A stretch of 61,715 nucleotides of DNA, the filler included, from Choristocarpus tenellus KU-1152 (Eukaryota; Protista; Phaeophyceae), in the NCBI GenBank assembly GCA_964200185.2. It is 11 parts of 11 records of this genome, joined end to end, with 100 filler letters (N's around TTAATTAATTAA, not from the genome) between each part and the next. Parts side by side here need not be neighbours in the genome. Positions count along the whole stretch, not along the records: positions 36,953 to 39,454 come from CAXNAD020027275.1; positions 39,555 to 43,944 come from CAXNAD020014775.1; positions 44,045 to 50,504 come from CAXNAD020008094.1; positions 50,605 to 61,715 come from CAXNAD020002500.1; 7 more parts are not named here. One strand, given 5' to 3'. The notes under the pieces were generated by a model, which was not told the origin of the DNA, ran no database searches, and saw only the letters and a list, made by a program, of their open reading frames with translations. Numbering within the stretch: position 1 is the first letter of the stretch; every line of letters begins with the position of its first letter. Of the stretch, positions 37,678 to 50,829 are shown piece by piece. Both the position numbers and the translations under genes were made by a program.

Positions 37678-40600
37678 CTTCAGAAAAGCGGGAAGCCCTG
37701 GGATCTCAACCAGAGACCAAGCACATAGGAGGCGTGATTCCAGGTCAGACAAGAGTGAAGCCCAGACAGGACAGCAGGAGGACAACATGCACAAGGAAGG
37801 GAGGTGGGGGGCAAGAATGGCATGGCTTCAAAATGGAAGGGACTCAGGAGATTTGTTGATTCACTGGACATGTGGATATTTATTACACTACTAGGCGTGC
37901 AATGGACAAATGGAGAGGAGGGGATAGGAGACATGAGGCAAGAGGTGGTAGGATGGAAAAGAGATCCAGATCTTCATGCTGGTTCTGTCCAAGCCGAGGT
38001 CTGCTAAACTTCATGGCCAAGTAGTGTCTTGCCAGCTAGAGAGTGAAGAGTACACAATGTAGAGGTGGCATTTACCATTTTCAAAAGAGGGTAGAACCTC
38101 TGTGCCTTTCTTACATACTGATTTGTAGGCTCTATGATATCCCCTTCATGGAAGGGCCTAAGAACACCACAAGGTTGTTTTCTGCGAAGGGCATTTCCCG
38201 CCCCCTTCCCTGCAAGAGTTGAACACTGGCACCAAACATGATTCGCCGCATCCGATCAGCTGTACCTAATACCCCACAACACTTATCAATACTTGAGCAT
38301 TCAATCGCCCTCTTTCAAAGGTGACGGCGTGGCACAAGAACAATAACTTCATGTCGTTCTTGCTGCTGTGATTTGCATTTGCAGGGAAAGAGAAGTGAGG
38401 GATGAACACTAGCACCCTTGGATTTTGACTTACAGCGGCCCTACATTCGATTGGCTTTGGCCGCCACCTGCTATGCCATGTGAAAGGTTGTGTGTTGAGA
38501 CCCAGCAACAACCGGAGAGTGTTCAAATGACATGAATACATGAAGTTGCAAAGTCAGCAAAGACTACTCCATGCCTTACACTGCTCTACGGCCGTGTAAA
38601 TTGCCCATAGCAAACCATAACCGTTCCAACAGAATACATTCTTGTTTTGAACACAGCAACCAAGGACAATGAAAGCACAATCGCCTCCTGAAGCAACGAA
38701 TCAAATCTAAAATAAAATTTGTTAGTTTTACTCCTAGGGGAAACGGCGGACGATGGTGGGGGTGAGGGTCATATATTTTCTTGTATCTCTCCAGTCAAAT
38801 GGTGTTATCAAAATTGTGTGAAGACACTTCAAACCGACCCTCGTCGAATCACATGTAAATGAAAGGAAAGACGCAATTAAAGCACGTTTTCTGTATCATA
38901 ATGTTTTAAAGGAATTTGTCACTGTCACTAATACCAACAATCTCATGTATAACGACAACACGATCGGATGTGTGGGTCATTGATTATGCATCCAGTTCAT
39001 CATTGATAGCTTCCTTGAGCCCAGAACAAGCGCCCAGGCACAATCAATCAATACGATAAAAACCATCAGCAAGTCTCGGCAGTGGAGCATCACAAGTGTG
39101 GGGGCAACAGCGGCAAGTCACATATGCATATAGTAGGTGCAACCTGTTTCATTTTGTAAGATTTTTTGTGTTGGAACATTCAGATGACAACCCAAGCACA
39201 AGCAAAGCACAGCATTAAATCCCCAACCTAACGGAAGGGAGAGACTCTGCTGCAGGAGAAATGCAGCAACCCAGACTGTGGGGAGTGAGGGTGGGTGACT
39301 GAGCGAGGTAAGGACTTCTGGCACGGTGTCAATGATACACACGTCCTTGGGGCAACCTTCTGCAGGACATAGGCCCCCATTCCGCCGGCCCGCCGCCGCC
39401 GCGCTACTCGGCGTCACCCCCGCCCTCGTTGCGGCCCCCGGCGCCCCCCCTCTCNNNNNNNNNNNNNNNNNNNNNNNNNNNNNNNNNNNNNNNNNNNNTT
39501 AATTAATTAANNNNNNNNNNNNNNNNNNNNNNNNNNNNNNNNNNNNNNNNNNNNTTTTTTTGTTTGGGTTTTATTTCTGTGGCCTCTTTCTTCCTTGTTG
39601 CTAGAAAAGGCCCCCTGGGTGTTTTCCCCCCCCCCCCCCCCCCCCAGATACTTTGGGTCTCCGCAAAGAATTCGGAGAGGAAGGTTGTTGGTACTTTCAC
39701 TCCACCAAAGTAGGTAGCTGCTGTTTATCGAATCAGCACATTCGTTTCATCTATCTGTCGGAGTGTTTGACTTCCATGATCTTGCAAGGTTAGTGAAATA
39801 AGGTTGACAGTGTGAGCACTTACGACCTTTTACTTCTCCCACCCATACTTGATTCTGACTCTAAGTATGAGCATCGCGCGAAAGTTGGGGGGAAGGATTG
39901 GCCAAATATTGACTCAATCACCGGAAGATCTGGTGATGCGGGCCAAGCAGTGCAAGGCATTTAATCCGAGGACATTAAGCAATCAGATGCTCTGAAGAAG
40001 TGAGGTTCTTCGGATTTTCAACATTTCAACACTTTCTGTTACTATGTTGCTTTGCTTCGTTTTGCTTTTATTCAAATTTCCTTTCACCTTAACTAGTAAG
40101 AGGCAATCTTTCACTTGGTATGCCCAACTGACTCAACCAGTTCCTTTGGATCACCCTTTCCTTGTCAATGCCCTCTGAATACCTGTGTGATCCATGTCAG
40201 GGCCATAAACTCATTCTGTATTAAGATGCTTAATAATTTGACCCTCAGTCGACATGACCAGCCAATTGAGAAGAGACTGGACATGCTCAGACTTGTGCCG
40301 CTTGAGCGGAAATCATTGGATCCTGCCACTGTTAAATTCACTGAGCAGATGGCATTTCATAACTTTTGTGCTGTGAGTAACCACGCCATGGACGCTCATG
40401 GATAGAGGGGACGCTCCAGCGTTGGCTGGAGTTTTGTTGAAGTACATGGTGGTGAAGTAAAAAAATAGTTAGAAGAGAATGTATGTTCGTATGGCTTGTC
40501 CTTTGCATAACCTCACCAATTTAAACGTGGTACAGCCATGGTCAATATCGATATTGATCTGTAGGTGTACTTTTGTTTGTGATTGTCCTTTATTTCCATT

Positions 40601-41914
40601 TTGGAAGGCTTATGGTTTCACAGTGTTGTATGTCAAGTCATTCTCATCACAAAATCGTCTTTCCGTTCCATTTTTCTATTAGAGAAATTATTTATATTAC
40701 CTACATGGACGCCAGCTGCTATAACACGATCTCCATGACAAACCACATGTCCAAAAACGGGAGCAGGGCATCAAGGACGAGGAGGCGAAGTTGAGGCAAA
40801 CATTCCCATCTTTCACCAACTGCAGACACTTACCAAAATCCAATAGACAATTATGACTCCCCACCTCCTTTTACAACATACCTACATGCACCTAGAACAC
40901 CAACCGTATTGATTCCTCCAAGGTGAAGGAGCTCATGAGTCGCTTGCCAGGAACGGCTGAATGCCTAAAGCATTTCTTTACACATTGTTGTGAAATATTC
41001 CACAAGAGGGGAGCACTTGCTCTGTTTCTCCCACCAACAAAGTGACTGTTCTATGCCGGGCAAGTCTCAGGAGATGTAATACTAGGGATTGTTGGATTGT
41101 TTCTTGTGTCTGAAAGCTATCTTTTTCCTTGCTGAATATGTAGATTCGTATTTTATCTGCTGGTTTGCTGTCAAGAGAGGGGCTGCCTTCTTCTCAAGTT
41201 GCGATGGAGTATGATGGTTGTTTGTGGGGACATCTTCCGCCTATGTCATACACACACGAACTTTTGGTAACACATATCATGCTGTTTTTGATTATTTTCC
41301 TGGTTGGGATGTACATTTTGACAAACGTCTGTCATCGTGTTACTACCACATCCATTCCACTGATTGTCATTCCTTTTCAAATCTGGGGAAAAAAATGGTC
41401 GTAGAGAACATACTCCTCTGCCCCCGACACAGTGGCAAACTCATCAGACTGATGAGAGTTTCCTTGAACACACACGATAAATGCAGTGATACAGCAGACT
41501 TTAGAGACTTTCATTGTAATATAGACTTCATTCTAGAATTACCCCAGAGGTTAGTAATAGAGAGAAACCAATGTATTAGACGATGATGGGCTTGGATAGG
41601 GAAAAGGGCGTGTCGAACATCAATCAGAAGTCTGCAAGTTTTCTCATCGATAGGGGAGACAACTTCTGTATTTTTCTTTTTCTTTTTCTTTTTCTTTTAG
41701 CCACTTCATTTTTGTATTTTCCCTCACATGAGCTCCATGTTTGTATCGTATACATTTGTTCACTTCAAGGATTTCTCCTATCCTTACCCTGCAACATTTG
41801 TTCCATGAACTCACTCTTTACCTTTGAAAACATATCAATTGATGTTGTGTTGTTGTAAATATTATAACATTTTTTTTATAATGCCCTATGATGGGAACAG
41901 TAAGTATAAGTTTA

Positions 41915-43800
41915 TGCCCTGTGACATTTTGTAGACGTGTCAGGGGAAAAACCAAAGAATACTATTAACATGTCTTAAAAATCCCCCAAAAAGTAACAGT
42001 TGTCATATTTGTGTAAAATATTGATATATTTACTATTTTACCCAAGTGGTACCAGTAGCTTAGCCCTCTGGAGTAATCTTGCTTTTTTTTCACTATATTG
42101 CCACAAGAATTATAGAACAATATATATGTATCGAATGAAAGCTTATGACAAGATGAGTTGAAGGTTTGTATCCATGAATGTACAAACTTAGATGAACGGG
42201 AACTATGCCTCAATGAAATAATGGTGAAAACGCGGAGGAACATCTCCGGCGCAATTTTGATGGTCACAACTTCAAAAGATACAAAAATGAAGTGTTTGGC
42301 TGAACTCCCCGCAAAAAACTAATGCGAGGTGGGCTGCTGCCCGAGCATGGCACTTGTGGCAATATCCCCCAAAAAGCAAGATTTGCGGGCATCTATTTAA
42401 CGCCATTCGCAGACAAGCTGTGAGCACACACATGCGTGACCCACACAGCAACATGAACCATGATGGTGAGACAAGGAGAGCCGCCGAGGCCACTCTGCCC
42501 CCTGGATCTACCCTTGGCACCTTCTCTGTCAAGAGGCAACAGAAAAATATGTATCGCATGACAGTCAGTGCGATGTTAGGTGACGAGAAAGTGATTGTAC
42601 TGTGGCGCAGCAGCATGATCAAATTGTGCAATGGACCACGCGGCCGCAACACTGGTGCTGAGAGAAGATGCATGGAAAGCAATACCACACAAAATTGGTT
42701 GGATCTTCAACCGCTGCGGAGCACTGCTCCGCAGTCTCTACTGCCTCGGGAAAGCAGGAAGAGGGCGGCAAGTCCATCACCAGATGGTACAGGGATGAAG
42801 TCTGTGGGGAAGCCTGGTCACGGTGGACGGAGGGAGAACCAGGGTGGCCGGCCGAAGGGAAGGTTGGGGAGGAGAGCAGTGCGACTGTGTGCCATTGCGC
42901 TCAGGAAACGCCTAAACGAAATCCCGGGTGTATAGAATATCTTTGTAGTCGACAGTTGCAGCAGGCCTTGGCTGTTTGGAAGGTATGCAAGCCGGAGTGG
43001 CTCAAGGAAATGAGAGAGAAGGTGTCAGGGTTGCGGTACAAGGGCTCTGAAGCCCGAAAGAAGGTCGAAGGGACTCGCAAGGCGGAGGAGAAAGCGATCG
43101 TAACTAAGGTAGCCATGGATGAGGACGCCAGGGAAGAGAGGTAGTGAGATTGAGACTATTTGCACACCAGTGGTTTGGTGTCTCCCGCTTCTTGCAAGAT
43201 GCCGTACATTCATTTTTGTTCCTGGACTTAGGATTGGACGTATAAAGTTGATTAAGGTTTTCTCCCCGCCTGCATTCATTTGAGAAATTTTGTGGGAAAG
43301 GGGGCTGTTAGAACCCAGAATGACGAAGGGCAGGGGGAAGAGAGAGAAACACAACCTAAGCAAAAGCATATTGCATGTGCTTGGAGAGCAGAGGGTCTTC
43401 AACGAGGTAGTTCATAGTCTTCAGCTTCTTGTTGAGTGGTACAGAGGGGTGTATGCCTAATGCTCCCAACGTATCACTGTGAGCTCAGCCCCATTGATCT
43501 CATGTGGGGCCAAGCAAAGCGCTGGCTACGACAGCATTGTACCTATTCTTTGGACGGAATCCGAAAAAACGTTCCTTCGAGCTTGAAACCAGGTGAGGAT
43601 AGGCAGGCTGTTTGGCTCGTGGAAAGTACTGTGAGAAGGCGTACAAGCACCATCTTTTCCACTTCAAGATGGCTGCCACTGGACTGGAAGTCAACAAGGA
43701 GCACAAGAGGTACAAGTCTCAGAGGCGCCCAGCACATTCGGAATTCCTGGTGGCAGATGGAGACAAGAGTTACATTTACATTTATCGTTCGTTCCCTGAG
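41915..43800 (+). mobile_element. Decayed IS630/Tc1/mariner-superfamily transposon
   Basis: CLMLPTYHCELSPIDLMWGQAKRWLRQHCTYSLDGIRKNVP (DDE_3 third-acid motif) and C-terminal KRYKSQRR; frameshifted; 5' terminus follows TA. Confidence 0.82.
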
Positions 43801-44378
43801 TCGTTCATTTGGCTGGCGTTTTTTCCCGCCTATCCAAATACACTTTAATCAAGTAATAGTACATCTGTTACCACTCTTGGTGACCTACAATCCAGGGTTC
43901 GAACCCCAATATGTGTGCTCTTTCAAAAAAAAAAAAAAAAGGGANNNNNNNNNNNNNNNNNNNNNNNNNNNNNNNNNNNNNNNNNNNNTTAATTAATTAA
44001 NNNNNNNNNNNNNNNNNNNNNNNNNNNNNNNNNNNNNNNNNNNNCAATTGGACAGCCGCTACCCCCTCCCAGATACTTTGAGCCTGCTCATTTCTAAGAG
44101 ATTCAACTGCGGTGATCCCACCACATGTATAGCAATAACCTTTGTATGGGGCTTTCTCATCTCGGATCACTGTGAAAACAATAGACCTTCCCTTTTCTTG
44201 CTCGATGATGCATCTTCACACCAATGTGTTTAAATGTGTCTCATGCCGTTTCTATCCGTATGGGTTGTGGGTACATACGGGGACATGTGTACCTGTGGCC
44301 AGGAGCCCGTGATTCAACAGGCCAAACTGCTGGTGATCCTGTGCATGATTGTTTTAATAATCCTGGGGAGGTTGTACA

Positions 44379-47300
44379 GAATGAACCATTGCAGCATGGA
44401 TCGGCCACTTGGGATGGGGCCAAGGGAGAGCAACAAAGGGAGCTTGCCTCTACAACCAATTCCTCAAGTGTCAATTCCACTCCTTTGATCCCTTCTCTGC
44501 CACTTGGAGAGACCAAGGAGAAGAAATTTTCGGGAAAAGCGAGAGAAACACGGCCATACAGCATGGCATGGGCAAGAGCAAAGCGAGGTCGAGCACTCAT
44601 GTCCACTGTTGAAGAAGTGGCATCTGTGTGGTTGATTGCACAGGAGGGCAAGGTGTGCCTACCATCCCCCCCTTGCGGATTTGAAGGATTCGGAGAGTTT
44701 CATCTCAACAAGTAGACAACAAAGTGAGGATGTAATTGGAGTGCTCCCAGATGTCGCATTAAGGACTCGCACATGATCTAAGAAGCTAGACAACAATTCC
44801 TGTCCTTGACCTAAACAGAATTTCATTTTCATTGTCAGTTAGCAAACCTCTTGGCACATGTGAGGGTTTTAATACCCTGCTCCTGGGCTGTTGATCCTCG
44901 AAGAATCCAGTGTGGGATGTTGGGGTTAATACTATGTGTATGAAGAGTGAGACTTAAACCCGAAACATGTGCAATGTTTGCAAGGGAAATAGTGCACCCC
45001 AACCCTTACAATAATATACGCTATTTTTCAACTGTCAACAGGGAGTTAAGGTCCGTGAAGAGGCTCAAGCAATGTCAAGCCTGTGCTTCGATACCAAACG
45101 CAAGAAGGTGAAGGCCATCTCGCTTGGACAGTTGCAGGAACAGCTATCCTTGGACGATGAGACCGCTGCCGCATTTGGACTTCGCCTCCAGGACGAATGG
45201 AACACGTTGGAGAAAGAAATAGCATCTGCAAGGCAAGGCAATTGTATGGGGATTGCACCTGATGCCTTTTAGTAAGTGTGTTGCATCGTCGAGCTTAATC
45301 TGCACGTTCAACCTTTCAATTGAAGCCCTACACACTGTAGACCCCTAGGACTCACTTCCAACTCCAAAGTACGGGCATCCATCACTGTTCCACGACCCTC
45401 CTCCTTGGCAGCAAGGCAGAAGAGGGTCTGATATTGTTTTTTAGAAATAAAATAAAAAAGGGAAAGAAAAAAAATAAATGGGAAGCCAAGCCCCAACTGA
45501 CAAACAGGGCAAAACTCCTACCTTCTTAAATGCTTTGGGTCATTTGCTATAGTGCTGTGAGCCAAAGTATCTTAGAGGGTACAGTCGCGTCCATTTGGGG
45601 ACCAAAATCCGATTATGCAATTTTGACGTAATTTTGACTATATATTTGTTAGGAGATGTCAATATCCTTGTCTGGACACTCCTTTTCATAACGTACACAT
45701 TTTACCTACTCCGAAACATTTTGGAGTAGGTAAAAAATGTCAATAAAAACTCATGGGAGAAGCCAAGCCCCACATGGACAAACAGGACAAAATTCGTACC
45801 CTCTAAGATACTGTCACTCTGTATCCTTTCCCAGCGACCAACCAGTCAGTTTTTCAGTTTTTTCCTTCTATCTCCTCCCGGGTCCTCTTTCCTTTTTTTT
45901 TCGATCTTACGTCTATCATCGAGTGAAAGTACCGTACCTCAGAGGGTACGAGTTTTGCCCTGTTTTGCCTATTTGGGGCTTGGCTTCTGTCGAGGTTCTT
46001 ACAACACTTTCCTACTTGAAAAAAATTCAGAGCAGATAAAATGTGTATGTTATGAAAAGGTGCGTCCAGAACAAGGATACTGGCACTTCCTAACAAACAA
46101 ACACGATAGCCAAAGTTGCATCGAAATCGCAACATTGGATTTTGGCCCCCAAGTGGACGCGGCTCTACCCCTCTAAGATACTTTGGCTCATCAACTGTGC
46201 ACGGTGCCGATGATGACCCTATCTTCATTGACTCCTTTCTTTGCCCAATGAAGCAGTCGCGGGGTACCGGTACCTGGACCCCCTTTCCCCCCAAAATATG
46301 GTAAAAAAAAAATGGTGAAAANNNNNNNNNNCTGTTTTTTTTCACTTACCCCTCGACAATTCCACCCTACTCTGCATTCATTGCACTGGACACGGACAGT
46401 GAGGGTTCCATCCTACTCGCAGTAAAAATCTTTGTGGCAAGAATCCAACGTTCCCTTCTATTACCTTAGGATTTTTCACTCCAATCACCTGAGTCAGGTT
46501 TTTCCCTCGAGTCAAGAGGGTGAGGAGGTAGGATGTACACTGACTGCGCTTAGGTTTGTCAGAGATGATGCAGTTGTCGTCAAATAGTAGCTCACACCTC
46601 AATCGCAATCCTCAATCGCAGGGACTACCTCAACCTTGAGGCAGAGGAGAGGTGCAGAAAAGCTCTTGGCGCCTTCGGGGCGAGAGCTCCGCATCCCGAT
46701 GATGCCATTGCACTGGATGCCTTGGAGGAGATGGCAGCGAGGGAGGAGGCGAGAATCGATCTGATCGGACTGGAACTGCGACAGACAGTAGGTTTTGACT
46801 TCCCCATCAGAACTCTCAGTTCCTGGTGGCTGACAGTATGTTGAGAAACGGAAAGGGGGAAAGTGAGGTTCTTCTGGATGAATTGGATAGCCATGTTGTG
46901 GGCACTTTGAGATTGTCATCTTGACACCACACAATGAGTCGAAGAAGCATTTGAGAGGGTAAGGGCCACGTCCGTTTGGGGTCATAAATTTCAATCTTGT
47001 GATTTTGAATCATTTTGGCTGTCGTGTTTGTTAGCGAGTGTCGATACCCTTGCTCCGAACACACCTTTCATAGTGGTACACATTTTAGGGTTAGGGTTAG
47101 TGTTCACGCAGAAAACCAACAAAGGGCATTAAATACCCGTGGGAAGCCAAGCAAAGAAAAAACAAACAGGGCAAAAACCTTACCCTCTTTAAATAATGCT
47201 TTGGCTCAATGTCGCACGTACAAACTTGCTTAGGGTTAGGGTTAGTCCGAGGGGGAGGGGGGCAGGGAGGCAGGTGGTTGTTGCTTGCATCTAAGTTAAC

Positions 47301-49146
47301 ATGTAGACAAAACACATGTACTTGGAAGAATATAGAGACATGTACGTGTGTTTATATCCATTGTTCGTGTGGAGAGCATCAGGTTTTTTTCAAAATGCAC
47401 AACTCACTGCCAAGTGAATTATTCCCCCCTTCTTAGAAAGAGATGTCAACACTGTAGCAATGATAACAGTTCGCTTCCACATTCTTACTACAATTGTCAT
47501 TGATTTTTAATCGTAGTGTGTGCATTTTTAGTAATATCAGTGAGGCAAATACATTCATTTGATTTGGCTGAATACCACTGGCTCTTTGATAGGTAAAAAT
47601 TATACTATATCACATAGCACATACACGCCCCTCGTCCCGTCCCTACCCCCCAAAAGTTCTGTGTTAGTCAATACTGCCCAAAACTTAACTTTCCCCTCTT
47701 GCATTCAACTCAATCTGGCCTATCAGCTGCGAGCGGAGGCATTAAGGGTCGCCAAATGCTCGTTTCCATCCCCTGTCGAAGCCTTGTTCCAACACCTGGA
47801 TCATTCTGGAACTGGCACTCTAACCCCCTTGGCCCTTGTGGCTGAAGGTGCACGCCTTGGTCTAATGCCACCGGGCTGGGGTGAGGGTGTTTGTAAGACA
47901 GTAGAAGGCGCACACTCGAGTTCAAGAATGGGAGACCGGCTCCGTTCTCACCGCCTTGTTGCAGCTATAAAACGCATTCCAACGCAGCAGCAGGATTTAT
48001 GCAGCCCACCTCGGTGGCAGGATTATGGGTTGCAAAGGGGGGAGGATGGTAGCATGTTCTGCAACGATATGGAGGATGCCATGCCACATCCAGGAGGTGG
48101 AGGTCAAGTGAACAGGAGAAGGGTTGAGGCCGGGGCTCGGACGCGAACGGCGAGGAAAACAAGTGTCAACAACAGCTTGCAAGGCTTAGATAATGCGGTT
48201 GGAATGGTTGATAGAAGGTTGTTGACCTTGGATGAGTTTGTTGCCTTTATGGAAGGTAAGAGATTCGGCCCAGGGGAAGGGCTGGAGGGATTGGTTCGCA
48301 CCCTGGCCAGCACACGGCTTGAGTCATGGGAATATGCCACTAGGGAAAGGTATATGGTGGGTAAAATTCATCTTCAGGATCAGGAGTTGCCTCCTTGTTT
48401 TGGCTTACGAGATAAGCACAGGAACAAAGAGGAGGAGGAGGAGGAGGGCAGGGGTACCGCACGTTGGGCAGGTGGAGAATGGGCAAGGAGGTCATCCCTC
48501 CAGTTTGCACTGCCAAGCTCAGGGGAAGACAAAGGCATGGAGACTCCAGGAGGGATTGGGAATAGCTCAGCAATGATACTGGGACGGAGTGGTGCAACTG
48601 CAACAACAAGAACAACCAACACGGCGAGGAGAGCGCTCAAGTCCTCTAGACAGTCCTGCTCTGTTCCCTTGGGAAATGCTCTCACACCGAGACTGCAACT
48701 GTCGTCGGGCCCAAGGCAAGAAGAGTTGAGACCACCAGGGGGAGCGGATGCTCTTTCAAGGAGGTCGACCCGGAATGTGGGGGTACTGTCCACACCCAGG
48801 ACCTCAAGCACCACACCTGGGACCCCGAGGATCCATCGTAGCGTAGGTGGAGGGGAAACAGGGGGACGTGTGGGAGCGATTGAAGCTTATTTCCTTGAGT
48901 TTGCTCGGGATCAAAATTTTGATTTGAGAGAAGGGTTGGACGCCAAGGAGCTTGTGCAGACTGTAGGTGGGTTGCTTGGCTGCACTGCAGAGTTGTCAAT
49001 AGCAGAAGTGCTGGTTGAACGATTTTGCACTTCATTGAAGGGGCGAGGTTTGGGGCCGGGGAAGATGAGCAGAGGACTGTCCCTGGATAATTTCCTGAGG
49101 TTTCTGAGGCCTGCACGGTTCTCCTTTGGAGCCATGACACCCTTTG
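44379..49146 (+). CDS. Large multi-exon EF-hand-like protein (partial)
   Basis: Exons ending 44653, starting 45042, 46591-46787 and 47727-49146; LFQHLDHSGTGTLT, LTLDEFVAFM, LSLDNFLRFL. Junction out of the 45042 exon and the first acceptor are uncertain. Confidence 0.68.
45559..45819 (+). mobile_element. MITE family A
   Basis: 3-bp TSD TGT; a further right-end fragment at about 45480-45541. Confidence 0.92.
45921..46189 (-). mobile_element. MITE family A
   Basis: 3-bp TSD ATC. Confidence 0.9.
46936..47207 (+). mobile_element. Diverged MITE family A copy containing TTAGGG repeats
   Basis: 3-bp TSD AAT; TTAGGGTTAGGGTTAG at 47085-47100. Confidence 0.8.
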
Positions 49147-49644
49147 GTAAGAGGATACTGCTTGCAGATATGTGCTTGCTAGCTGTAATGCCTTAGATCC
49201 CAATTTTTTGTTGACTATGACATGAGAAAAATCGAGATAGTGAGAAAATACGGAAATATTTTAAATGCAAGCTAACTACTTAGTTAAGATATCATATATA
49301 GTCTCCTGGGTTCTTTTTGGTTGGTGAGGCAGGGTTCTTCACCGACTAGTAGTATCCCGTTTTGAAATAAGTCTCACCCATCCCAAGTGTGACCTCCAGC
49401 ATTGAGTAAATTCTTGCTCAATGTTCTTTCGAGAATACTCTGCTTCTTGCTATATACTTCAATAAATAGTGGTGTTTGAATAATATTGTATTTTGTAGGG
49501 TTAACCTTCCATGTGTGTTGTTATCTGGGTCATGCAGCATTAAACCAAGTACCTGATTGCTTCTTGTAATTAGTCAAAGTAAACAAGAGGTACCCAGTGT
49601 TGCATTTTAAGGATGCTGACAGATATGTACGAAATTCATCTATT

Positions 49645-49827
49645 GGCTCAAAATATCTGGGGGGGGTGGCGGCTGTCCATTTGGGGCTAATTTTTTCATG
49701 TCGCGTTTTTTGGTGATTTGGTTCCATACATCGGATGGATAATGAAAGTGCACTTTTGCCTGGTTTTGACCCAAAATGGACATCCTGGTGTAGACCTCCC
49801 CCCCCCGCCCCCCAGATACTTTGGGCC
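49645..49827 (+). mobile_element. MITE family B, complete 183-bp copy
   Basis: GGCTCAAAATATCTGGGGGG...CCCCCCAGATACTTTGGGCC; flanks ATT/ATT. Confidence 0.9.
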
Positions 49828-50043
49828 ATTTTTACAGTTTTTTTTAGGATATTTTTTGAATTGAGTCAAAAGTTTTCAAACAAAAGAGAAACCAACATTC
49901 TCAAGTCAAACTTAGCACTTCCTCCATAGAAATATGGGTGAATTGCAGAAGATTTATAAATGGATATACTGCAAAACAGACAAAACCTGGGTACCTCTCG
50001 TTTACTTTGACTCGATTCATGTGATCAACCCGGGGTTGAAAAT

Positions 50044-50300
50044 GAGTAAATGTATCTTAGAGGGTACGAGGTTTGCCCTGTTTGTCCATTTGAGGCTTAG
50101 TCTCCCATATTTTTTTGTAACATTTTCTACTCTAAAATATTTCGAAGTAGGTAAAGTGCATATGTTATGAAAAGGTGTGCCTGGAACAAGGATATTGACA
50201 CTCCTTAACAAAACACAATAGTAAGAATATCATCCAAATCGGAACTTTGCATTTTGGTCCCCAAATGGACGCGACCCTACCCTCTAAGATACTTTGGCTC
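50044..50300 (-). mobile_element. MITE family A
   Basis: Both TIRs; flanks AAAT/CAAT (imperfect). Confidence 0.9.
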
Positions 50301-50829
50301 CAATGCTTTTGCCTGAAAATTGGTATGAGGTCTACTATTGCAGCTAACTGCCGAGCTACGTGATGATGGTGTTGCTATGGTGTGCAAGTGATCACAGAGA
50401 GACAGTGCCCTGCTCTTGTTGACTGCCCTGATTGAGAATGGTGGAGGACAAGATCCGACGACAGAGGACCTCTAGAGAGATGACCCAAAGTATCTGGGAG
50501 GGGGNNNNNNNNNNNNNNNNNNNNNNNNNNNNNNNNNNNNNNNNNNNNTTAATTAATTAANNNNNNNNNNNNNNNNNNNNNNNNNNNNNNNNNNNNNNNN
50601 NNNNGGGTGGTTTGTGAGGGAGAGTCCGTTTTGGTCAAACAACACTTTTTATTGCTGACATTTCAAATCCGACACGTGCGACCAAATCACACCAAAAAAG
50701 TGAAAATCGAAAAAAGGGTGAAAAATTGACGCTGACGCCGACACCCCCCCCTCCAGATACTTTGACCCTCCGGCCTGACCATCGCATATCCTGCTGCCAT
50801 CTTAAGCGCCGTTTGATGATCTTTCCCAT

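Noticed and set aside
39700-41860. Scattered ORFs upstream of the Tc1-like element
   Set aside because: Stop-riddled, no assignable motif.
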